DNA of 64,000 bases from Pedosphaera sp. GTDB lineage: Bacteria > Verrucomicrobiota > Verrucomicrobiia > Limisphaerales > SIBH01. The stretch lies in the NCBI GenBank assembly GCA_031414955.1, contig JANOQV010000230.1:1-64000 (forward strand), read 5' to 3'. A program made the translations under genes and the position numbers. This document shows, in pieces, positions 10,901-18,181 of this stretch (positions are counted from its first letter, which is position 1; each line of letters begins with the position of its first letter). The notes under the pieces are model-generated. The model did not search any database. It was not told the origin of the DNA and was given only the letters and a program-made list of their open reading frames with translations.

Positions 10901-12530
10901 CACGCTCACGGTCAACGACGGCACCAACAGCGCGAGCACGAACTTCCTCCTGACGGTGAATGCGATCAACGATGCGCCGACCATCACCGGGCTGGCCGAT
11001 CAGATCATCGCCGAGGACGGACAGACGTCCGCGCTCGGACTGGTCGTCAGTGATGTCGAGACTCCCGCGGATGGCTTGCTGTTGAGCAAGGGTTCGTCGA
11101 ACCCATCGCTGGTTCCGACGAACAACATTGTCCTCGGTGGTTCCGGCAGCAATCGCACCGTCACTATCACTCCCGCGCCGGATGCAAATGGCTCGACGGT
11201 CATAACGCTCACGGTCAGCGACGGCTCAAACAGCGTGAGCACCAATTTCCTGTTGACGGTAAATGGCGTCAACGACGCGCCGACGATCACGGACCATTCC
11301 AATCAGACCATCACCGTGGGTGGAACGGCCGGACCGTTGAACTTCACCGTTGGCGACGTGGAAACCCCGGCGGCGGGCCTGACGATGAGCGGGGATTCCT
11401 CCAATCTCGCGCTGGTCCCGACGGACAACATTGTCTTGGGCGGCTCGGGTTCGAACCGCACGGTGACCATCATCCCGGCGTCCAACCAAGTGGGTTTCGC
11501 CACCATCACTTTGAGCGTGAGCGACGGCACAAGCAGCACGAACACCAGCTTTGTCTTCACGGTCAACCGTGCCGCCTTGACCGTGACGGTCAATAGCACC
11601 AACCGGGTGTATGGCGCGACCAACCCCATTTTCACTGGCACGCTGGCGGGCCTTCTGCCTGGTGACGACATCACCGCCCTCCATTCCACGGAGGCCAACA
11701 CCAACAGTCCGATCGGCGACTACGTGATCACCTTCACGCTCGACGATCCGGCCAACAAGCTCACCAAATACGTCGTCACCACCAACTACGGCACTCTGAC
11801 CGTGAGCAACGCGGCCCTGACCGTGACGGCGGCGAGCACGAACAAGATTTACGGAACGGGCCTGAGCCTGACGGGGTTCACGGCGAACGGGCTGTTGAAC
11901 AACGACAGCGTGAGCAGCGTGATCTTGGAGAGCGCGGGAACCAACGCGACGGCGACGGTGGGAAGTTACGCGATCACGGTGACCAACGCGGTGGGCGTGG
12001 GCTTGAGCAACTACACGATCAGCTACGTGGGCGGCAGTTTGGAGGTTCTCAAGAAAGAGTTGCTGGTTCGCGCTGATGACCAGAGCCGAATCTTCGGCCA
12101 GACCAACCCAGTGTTCACCATCGCTTACGCCGGATTTGTGAACGGCGAAGGAACGAACGTGCTGGACAACTTGCCGACGGTCGGGACCACGGCCACAACG
12201 GCCAGCGCGCCGGGAGGATATGCCATCACGCTGACGGGCGGTGCCGACAACAACTATGAATTCAACCTGTCTCCCGGCACGCTGACTATCACTCCGCTGA
12301 CCAGCGTGCGCATTACCTCCATCATCCGACTGGCCGATAACAGCATTCGGATCGGTGGCACCGGCGATACCAACTTCACCTACACGATGCGGGCCTCGAC
12401 CAACTTGAGTGACCTGAATGGCTGGCCGTCGATTGGAACCAGCGCCACGGATGGCTCGGGAATCTTTCAGCATATCGACGTGGGCGCGACCAATGCGGCG
12501 TTGCGCTTCTATCGGGTGGAGTTTCCTTGA
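7944..12530 (+). CDS. Large secreted/surface protein: about 8 Ig/cadherin-like repeats of ~101 aa, two proprotein-convertase P-domain-like modules, three MBG-like domains and a C-terminal RFYRV module
   Basis: Signal peptide. Repeats PTI...FTI.D.ET.A.SL...SSNP.LVPTN.IV.GGSGSNRTVTITPA. Two YPST..VSG...TNVT...HT...D...LV.PTGQ...NGTWSL.V.DD modules. ALTVT....R.YG..NP MBG-type repeats. Start could be ATG 8008. Confidence 0.85.
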   Translation: MRNLTTSVGAWVNTRRAVRAAMKWLAVFASGGLLAGAARAANTAPVFDSVVAVTGPAVLVDHPALYKFYLHDLETASNNLQLSFSSSNPTLFPTANVVFQYFPFDPDGQHWYMTLAPGFGQTGTATFTVHVSDGINVATTNIVLTVNPPPSGGARFANASAIGIPSTAGPATLYPSTVNVSGMSGTVTNVTLSVRRFSHTHPGDIHMMLVSPTGQKCVFWSKCGRGTPATDVNATITDRAFDFAPLPDEFEIWSEQFRPTDRAGTFNAVTNNFPAPAPAPPYGSVPLSEAFHNAFGGHSPNGTWSLYVYDDANGATGSIAGGWSLMVLTTGSANQSPTISDIGNQATTVNLPTAAIPFTIGDAETPAASLTLGRASSNPTLVPTNNIVFGGSGANRTVTITPATGLTGTATITVSVRDGTNTTSDDFLLTVNLVNTPPTITGIADQIFNEDTATGPLNFTIDDGQTAAASLTLGKASSNSVLVPTNSIVFGGSGSNRTVTITPALNQHGSATITLTVGDGQATTSTNFLLTVNPANDAPSITSIGNQSTTLGGTVGPLSFTIGDPESAAASLELGVASSNPTLIPTNNIVLGGSGSNRTVSATAVAGLSGSATITLSVNDGTNTTSTNFIITVSTLVSGTFSFTNAATIYMTNPLPSAANPYPSTIEVSGLAGVVSNVTVTLRGLTHTWTRDLDVLLVGPTGQAVMICADAGNGGANNVTFTLSDAAAAALPLSQLVSGTYRPDDYDPAEIMPAPAPAGPYASVLSTLNGQTPNGTWSLFVSDDGNNDVGTFAGGWSISITAVSDGTQPPTITSPGSQSINEDTIAGPLNFTLSDPDTAAGSLLVTSGSSNPALVPTNAIVLGGSGSNRTVTVTPLANASGSATISLTVSDGTNNVSTNFVLTVLPVNDVPVITGVANQLVSEDTATGPLGFIINDVETPSGSLALTTDSSNPALVPTNGIIFGGSGSNRTVTITPAPDANGTTVITLTVNDGTNSASTNFLLTVNAINDAPTITGLADQIIAEDGQTSALGLVVSDVETPADGLLLSKGSSNPSLVPTNNIVLGGSGSNRTVTITPAPDANGSTVITLTVSDGSNSVSTNFLLTVNGVNDAPTITDHSNQTITVGGTAGPLNFTVGDVETPAAGLTMSGDSSNLALVPTDNIVLGGSGSNRTVTIIPASNQVGFATITLSVSDGTSSTNTSFVFTVNRAALTVTVNSTNRVYGATNPIFTGTLAGLLPGDDITALHSTEANTNSPIGDYVITFTLDDPANKLTKYVVTTNYGTLTVSNAALTVTAASTNKIYGTGLSLTGFTANGLLNNDSVSSVILESAGTNATATVGSYAITVTNAVGVGLSNYTISYVGGSLEVLKKELLVRADDQSRIFGQTNPVFTIAYAGFVNGEGTNVLDNLPTVGTTATTASAPGGYAITLTGGADNNYEFNLSPGTLTITPLTSVRITSIIRLADNSIRIGGTGDTNFTYTMRASTNLSDLNGWPSIGTSATDGSGIFQHIDVGATNAALRFYRVEFP

Positions 12531-12654
12531 AGAGGTGAGGTGATTGTCTCGCGGCGTCGGCGCAAGGACGCGGCCAGTTGCCTTCAACGCCACGTTGGAC
12601 CGAGGCGTTAAGATTTTCGGGAACCAACCTCCCAGTTCGTGCCTCCCACCCTTG

Positions 12655-13491
12655 ATGTTGAATTGCGAACCCAAGCAACAAATCGAACCGGCGGACGGCG
12701 CGAAGCTGCTGGAATTGGCAGGCGTGCTCTATTCCCCGGGCCAGAGCGAAATTCTCCGACGTCAACTCCTTCAAAGCTTGCAATCGCTCATCCCCCACGA
12801 CTTGGGCGCGTGCCACTGGATGCAGCCTTCACGGCACGAAATCGCCGCGTGGTACGAGCCGCAGCGCCGTCCCTTACCGGCTGCGCACGAGAACTTTTGG
12901 GCCTTCTTTCAGCAGCACCCGTTGAACCGTCTGCTCTTCCAGCAGCCGGCCCAAGCCTGGATGCTCTCCGACGTGGTGTCGCGAAAGGAATTCCGGAGGA
13001 CCGAACTGTATGCCGAGCTTTACCGTCCGCTCCGGCTGGATTGCGAAATCACGGCTGTGCTCCCGAACAGGAAAATGCCGGGAACATTTTTCCTGCTCAG
13101 CCTGCAACGGCGCGGCGAAGATTTCACGGAGCGAGATCGACTGCTGCTGAACTTGCTGCTGCCCCACATTGCCAACGCCCAACACCGTTTGGTGGCGCGT
13201 TCGTCTCCCCCAACGGCCCAGGTGGCGGCGCAACCTGATGAACTGCAATTTCAAGACTGGTTGCGCGAGCAGACGCCCTGGCCATTGTCGCGCCGCGAAA
13301 TCGAGGTTCTTTACTGGCTGTGCCAGGGCAAGACGAACAACGAGATTGGAACCATCCTCGGCATCGCCGGACGGACGGCGGAAACCCACGCCCTGCGCAT
13401 CTACCCAAAGATCGGCGTGGAGAACCGCTACGGGGCCATCTCGACCGTGAGCCGATTGCAAAACGCCAATGGGCCTCGGGTCGGGAGGTAA
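12655..13491 (+). CDS. LuxR-family (C-terminal HTH) transcriptional regulator with GAF-like sensor domain
   Basis: LSRREIEVLYWLCQGKTNNEIGTILGIAGRTAETH...IYPKIGVENR. ATG at 12655 chosen (ORF extends to 12544). Confidence 0.88.
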   Translation: MLNCEPKQQIEPADGAKLLELAGVLYSPGQSEILRRQLLQSLQSLIPHDLGACHWMQPSRHEIAAWYEPQRRPLPAAHENFWAFFQQHPLNRLLFQQPAQAWMLSDVVSRKEFRRTELYAELYRPLRLDCEITAVLPNRKMPGTFFLLSLQRRGEDFTERDRLLLNLLLPHIANAQHRLVARSSPPTAQVAAQPDELQFQDWLREQTPWPLSRREIEVLYWLCQGKTNNEIGTILGIAGRTAETHALRIYPKIGVENRYGAISTVSRLQNANGPRVGR

Positions 13492-13591
13492 CGACATCGG
13501 GCCAGCGCAACCACTGCTCAAGCGCCCAGCACCCGACGCCCCGCGCCGATCCGAGGCGGTGATTTCCAAATCGTCAGGCGCGATTAAAATG

Positions 13592-13627
13592 GAACAGCCC
13601 GCCGATGAGAAGATCGGCGGGCTGTTC
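13592..13627 (-). terminator. Probable terminator hairpin between convergent genes
   Basis: Perfect 15-bp inverted repeat GAACAGCCCGCCGAT-gagaag-ATCGGCGGGCTGTTC, followed by CATTTT on the minus strand. Confidence 0.7.
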
Positions 13628-13729
13628 TGCGAGCACTTAGCGGGACCCTGGTGGAGTCATGGAATCTTTCCTCAAGGGAGGGCCGACCCTGGCGTCCTCC
13701 AGCGGAGCCAATTCTGGATCAGGTTGCAG

Positions 13730-14284
13730 TTAAGGATCGAAAGGCAGCCGGGCCGGGCGCACGGTGGTTCCCAGCAATCGGAAACCGCCAAAGTACCGTT
13801 TGCCATTGATGTTGCCGCCGGTGATCTCGCCGCGACCGGAATAGGTCGCGCTGCGCAACCTCCCGGCGGAGTTCGTCTTGGTGTTGATAAAGGCGGTGTG
13901 AAAGCTGGTGAATGAGTTGCTGTTGGCTCCTCTGAAGGTGAGGAACCAGTCCGAGATAAAATTCTCCTTCAATCCGATGACGGACTTGGTGGAAGTGGCG
14001 GAATTCGACCAACCAGTGTCGCCTTTGGTCCAGAACTTGACCTGATAGGTCTGGGACCCGGAAGGCGTGGCTTCAGCGGGGAACTGTGCGTAGACGGTGC
14101 GGGTCAACTGGAGCGGCCGCACGGTGATATCATTGGTCCCGAGCGTATGCCCGTGGGCGGTGAGGATGAGTTTGAACCAAGTGTTGGTCAACAGGTCGGC
14201 GGAAGCCGAAAGAGTGCAGAACGCGGCGGTGGACACCAAAACGGCCAGCAGGCCAAGACGACGGAGAGGTTTCATAATTTTCAT
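13730..14284 (-). CDS. Secreted hypothetical protein (beta-rich)
   Basis: 184-aa ORF with Sec signal peptide (MKIMKPLRRLGLLAVLVSTAAFCTLSASA). Confidence 0.75.
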   Translation of the reverse strand: MKIMKPLRRLGLLAVLVSTAAFCTLSASADLLTNTWFKLILTAHGHTLGTNDITVRPLQLTRTVYAQFPAEATPSGSQTYQVKFWTKGDTGWSNSATSTKSVIGLKENFISDWFLTFRGANSNSFTSFHTAFINTKTNSAGRLRSATYSGRGEITGGNINGKRYFGGFRLLGTTVRPARLPFDP

Positions 14285-14434
14285 GAGTTGATTCTAGTTT
14301 AGTTTGCGGCGACCCCATAAGTCCGGCTGTGCTCAGCCGGACGTTCACTCCGTTTCCATCGAGTGCGGAATCAGCACGCGTTTAGTCGTACCCGGCAAAC
14401 CCGGAGCTTGGCAATGGATTAAACAAATGCTCGG

Positions 14435-14631
14435 AGGGCAGACGCATCTAATTTCGCGGTGTCTCGCACGAAAACCCAAAACCCAAATCCCAAATAAATT
14501 CCAACGACTCAAATTCCAAAACCAGGCGTTCGCACGCCCATGGGAGTTTGGAATTGAGAGCTTATTTGGGATTGGGGATTTGGATTTTGGGTTTTAGCCC
14601 GTGGAACCAAACATTTTGATGCGTCGGCCCT
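14435..14631. mobile_element. MITE-like non-autonomous element (~197 bp) with terminal inverted repeats and a flanking direct repeat
   Basis: TIRs AGGGCAGACGCATC / GATGCGTCGGCCCT (1 mismatch). Direct repeat CAAATGCTCGGAGG at 14424-14437 and 14633-14646. Internal imperfect palindrome of AAAACCC/AAATCCC units (14471-14521 versus 14547-14595). Confidence 0.7.
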
Positions 14632-15033
14632 GCAAATGCTCGGAGGTTGACGCGTTGGCGTATCCACTCAGTGGTGCCAAATCTCCGCCGCTGACTCCCT
14701 GAGCGCGGAGACAATCAGTCCGCCCCCCTCACGGCTGGCCATGCATGGATCGAGGATCAAATAGGTTCGACCAACAGAGTGGCCGAACATCTGAATGGTC
14801 CCTGACAATTGAAACTACGGCGGACACCGAGGATACGAAATATTAGTCGAGTGACGTTTTGCCCGACCCCAATCCGGTCCAATGCAAGCGCAGCCGAACT
14901 CCACTCCCTTCCGTGCGTTCAGCGTCTGCCGTGATTCTCTCTTGCAGTGTTCGGGTTCAGGACGGGCCGCGTGGGAGTCCGGGCTTTGCGGTTTGGTGTT
15001 TGGTCTGGGGCGATTTTCCGGCACCCTTTCCTC

Positions 15034-16578
15034 ATGTCCGAAAAGTTTGATGATTTCCTCATCCGCCTGCACCCCGAGGACGAGGTGGCGGTGGCCAAGC
15101 GCACGGTGAAGGCGGGCACGGAGTTGCTTGATGGCCTGAGGTGCCTCGTGGCGGGCAAGACCATTCCTGCCGGACACAAGATGGCCCTTGTGCCCATCAC
15201 GAACGGCACGGTGGTACGGCGCTACGGACAAATCATCGGTTTCGCAAAGGGCGACATCGCGGCGGGCGAGCATGTCCATACGCATAACCTGGTTTGCCAG
15301 GCCTACACGCGCGATTACACGGCGGGGACGAATGTGCGGCCTGTTGCTCCAGCCGTTGATTCGCGGACATTCCAAGGTTTCCTGCGCCCCGGGGGCAAGG
15401 TCGGCACGCGCAATTACCTCGCCATTATTTCCACGGTGAACTGCTCGGCCTCCGTGTCGCGTTACATCAAGGAACGCTTTCGCGAAGAAGGTTTGCGCCG
15501 CGATTTCCCGAACGTCGATGGCGTCATCGCGCTCACGCACAAGGTCGGCTGCGGCATCCCGGCGGCGGAGAGTTTGAAACTGCTGGAGCGCGTCACCGTC
15601 GGCATGGCGCGGCATCCGAACATTTCCGGCTACGTCATGATTGGTCTCGGCTGCGAGATGAACCAGGTCGGCGGGCTGCGCGAGAATTACGATCTGGCGA
15701 AACTGAAACCCGGCGAAAACGCGCCGACCTTCATGACCATTCAAGGCACGGGCGGCGTGCGCAAATCCGTCGAGGCCGGCGTGGCCGCGATGGCGAAACT
15801 TCTCCCGATCGCGAACGCCGCGCGCCGCACTGCCCAGCCGATCAGCAAACTGATTCTCGCCGAAAACTGCGGCGGCTCCGACGGCAACAGCGGCATCACC
15901 GCCAATCCCGCGCTCGGCGTCGCCAGCGACATGCTCGTAAGTCACGGCGGCATTTCCGTGCTCGCCGAAACGCCGGAGATTTACGGCGCGGAGCATCTGC
16001 TCATTCAGCGCGCAGTGAGTCAGGCCGTGGCCGACAAACTCATCCGGCAGATTCACTGGTGGGAAAATTACGCGAAGATGTTCAACGCCAGCATCGACAA
16101 CAACCCGAGCTACGGAAACAAGGAGGGCGGGCTGACGACCATTTACGAGAAGAGTCTCGGCGCGATTGCCAAGGGCGGGCAGGCTCCGCTCGCCGCCGTT
16201 TATGATTACGCCGAGGACATCATCACGCCCGGCTTCGGCTTCATGGATACGCCCGGCTACGATCCCGTGAGCATGACCGGCCTCGTCGCGGGCGGCTGCA
16301 ACATCGGCGTGTTCACCACGGGCCGCGGCAGTGTCTATGGCTGCAAGCCCGCGCCCTGCATCAAAGTGGCGACGAATACGACGCTCTACAATTGGATGCA
16401 GGAAGACATGGACCTGAACGCCGGCACCATTCTCGACGGCACGGAAACGGTGGAACAAGTCGGCCAGCGCATCTTCGAGAAAATCATTTCCGTGGCGAGC
16501 GGCGAGAAGACCAAAAGCGAACTCAGCGGCATCGGCGACGAGGAATTTGCGCCGTGGTTTATTGGGCCGCAATTCTAG
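15034..16578 (+). CDS. uxaA: Altronate dehydratase family protein (SAF domain + GD_AH domain)
   Basis: LHPEDEVAVA, IPAGHKMAL, GEHVHTHNL, GTRNY..STVNCS, CGGSDG.SGITANPALG, NNPS.GNKEGGLTTI.EKSLG and FTTGRGS. Confidence 0.9.
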   Translation: MSEKFDDFLIRLHPEDEVAVAKRTVKAGTELLDGLRCLVAGKTIPAGHKMALVPITNGTVVRRYGQIIGFAKGDIAAGEHVHTHNLVCQAYTRDYTAGTNVRPVAPAVDSRTFQGFLRPGGKVGTRNYLAIISTVNCSASVSRYIKERFREEGLRRDFPNVDGVIALTHKVGCGIPAAESLKLLERVTVGMARHPNISGYVMIGLGCEMNQVGGLRENYDLAKLKPGENAPTFMTIQGTGGVRKSVEAGVAAMAKLLPIANAARRTAQPISKLILAENCGGSDGNSGITANPALGVASDMLVSHGGISVLAETPEIYGAEHLLIQRAVSQAVADKLIRQIHWWENYAKMFNASIDNNPSYGNKEGGLTTIYEKSLGAIAKGGQAPLAAVYDYAEDIITPGFGFMDTPGYDPVSMTGLVAGGCNIGVFTTGRGSVYGCKPAPCIKVATNTTLYNWMQEDMDLNAGTILDGTETVEQVGQRIFEKIISVASGEKTKSELSGIGDEEFAPWFIGPQF

Positions 16579-16815
16579 CGTCGCCTCCCGACGAACGAGC
16601 CAGGAAGAAGTGGGCGGATGGCTCTCGCAGGCCGCGAGACGGGCGGAGGCGTGGAGACTTCACCGGCCCCGTCACTCGAATGTCAGTTTTCCTGCCGCCC
16701 GCAGATCCTCTGCACTTCACTGAAGGAACAGGACTCTCCACACCACGGAAATAAACATTTTTCCGACGGCCTTGGCGCAAGCAAAGGCAACCATCTCACT
16801 CGGACCAGGTGCCAT

Positions 16816-17577
16816 TCACAAACCCGTCGGATGATCGATGAAGGCCCAGGGGACGCGGAATTTCTTGGCCAGGTGTTCGGCCAGCGCCTTCACCCCAAAG
16901 GTCTCCGTGGCGTAGTGACCGCCGTAGAGGACGTTGACGCCCAACTCCTCGGCCAACGCGTACGTCCAGTGCGGACCTTCGCCGGTGATGAATGTGTCCA
17001 CACCTTCGCTCGCGGCCAGTTTCACTTCCGCACCCGCGCCGCCTGTGACCACGCCGATGCGGCGGCAGACTTTCGGCCCGCCAGGAAGGAGCTTCGCTTC
17101 CGTTTTCGTGACATTGGCCAGACGACGGGCGAGTTCATCGCGGGGAATGGAGGTGACGCTTTGAAGGCCGAGGAATTGTTCCTTCATGCGGAAGAACGGT
17201 TTGAAGTTTCGCAGGCCCAGCGAGGCGCAGAGTTGCGCGTTGTTGCCGAAGCGCGGATGCATGTCGAGCGGCAGGTGCGAACTGTACACGGCGAGGTCGT
17301 GATCCAGCAGCAGGCGCATCAGCTCAAAGTTCTTCCCCGTCCACGGTTGACGCTTGCTCCAGAACAGTCCGTGGTGGACGAGGAGCAAGCTGGCTCCGTC
17401 GGCGATGGCCTTCTGCGCGGTGGCGAGGCTGGCGTCCACTGCGGCGGCGATGTGCGCAACGCCGCCACGATTCTCGACCTGCAATCCATTCATCGCGCCG
17501 TCGTAGTCATGGATGTCGCCCACGCGCAAAAGCGTGTCGCAATACGCGGCCAGTTGTCGGAGAGATGACTTCGCCAT
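16816..17577 (-). CDS. Nif3-like dinuclear metal-centre protein (YbgI/DUF34 family)
   Basis: NGLQVE, LLVHHGLFW, SHLPLDMHP..GNN, FITGE and GGHYATETFGV. Confidence 0.93.
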   Translation of the reverse strand: MAKSSLRQLAAYCDTLLRVGDIHDYDGAMNGLQVENRGGVAHIAAAVDASLATAQKAIADGASLLLVHHGLFWSKRQPWTGKNFELMRLLLDHDLAVYSSHLPLDMHPRFGNNAQLCASLGLRNFKPFFRMKEQFLGLQSVTSIPRDELARRLANVTKTEAKLLPGGPKVCRRIGVVTGGAGAEVKLAASEGVDTFITGEGPHWTYALAEELGVNVLYGGHYATETFGVKALAEHLAKKFRVPWAFIDHPTGL

Positions 17578-17799
17578 GACCAAAGTTGTCGGCGGTTGTC
17601 GGCTCGTTGTCAGTTGAAAACATTGGTGACGGTACAGTTTACCCTCCGCTGGTACGGATGAAGCGCCGAGCATGGCTCGAATTGAGGGAAGTTACCCTGC
17701 CGCTCGAAGCCAAATGTACGGCGACATTGCGGTATTCGCTCCTCGACGTGAGGAGCGTTCGAGCGAACGGAGAGACTAAGGGACTTGCTGAGGGAAAAG

Positions 17800-17875
<76 letters not shown>

Positions 17876-17890
17876 GACCAAGAGCGGTCG

Positions 17891-17918
17891 AGATTACGGG
17901 CCGAAGACACTTTGTCAA
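17891..17918 (-). promoter_or_regulatory. Sigma70-like promoter of tRNA-Lys(CTT)
   Basis: TTGACA-N16-TAATCT on the minus strand, 15 nt upstream of the tRNA. Confidence 0.65.
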
Positions 17919-18181
17919 CGGGCGCTTCGAGCTTTTTGCCGGGCCTGCGGACTGGGTTCGCCGGAGTGGTTCTATGGGCCGCCCACGGCCGCTTTTCCGC
18001 CCAGGAAAGCCGGGCACGTCCACAGTCACCACCGTCTGGCAGGAGAGGCCGATCGCGGCGCGGCGGCTGGGCGGCCATCCGTCCACGCCTGCGCCACGGT
18101 GGAATCCCCCAGGCGCAGTCGTGCTTGGAGTCCGGTGAATTTCCGATGGCTTCAGCGCGCTCTCACTGTCAAAACTTCGCC

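Noticed and set aside
8950..11570. CRISPR array or DNA-level repeat element
   Set aside because: The ~303-bp repeats are diverged protein-domain repeats within one ORF. No repeat-spacer structure or cas genes occur in the window.
16648..16744. Glycine riboswitch or SRP RNA
   Set aside because: GGAGA..GAAGG..CTCTC is only a partial match (no CTCTCAGG), no gene starts downstream, and the SRP helix-8 motif is absent; kept only as an unknown sRNA candidate.
17580..17799. Possible decayed att-arm remnant downstream of tRNA-Lys(CTT), including hairpin CGCTCCTC-N5-GAGGAGCG
   Set aside because: No tRNA duplication or integrase fragment; the hairpin may simply be a terminator or processing stem.
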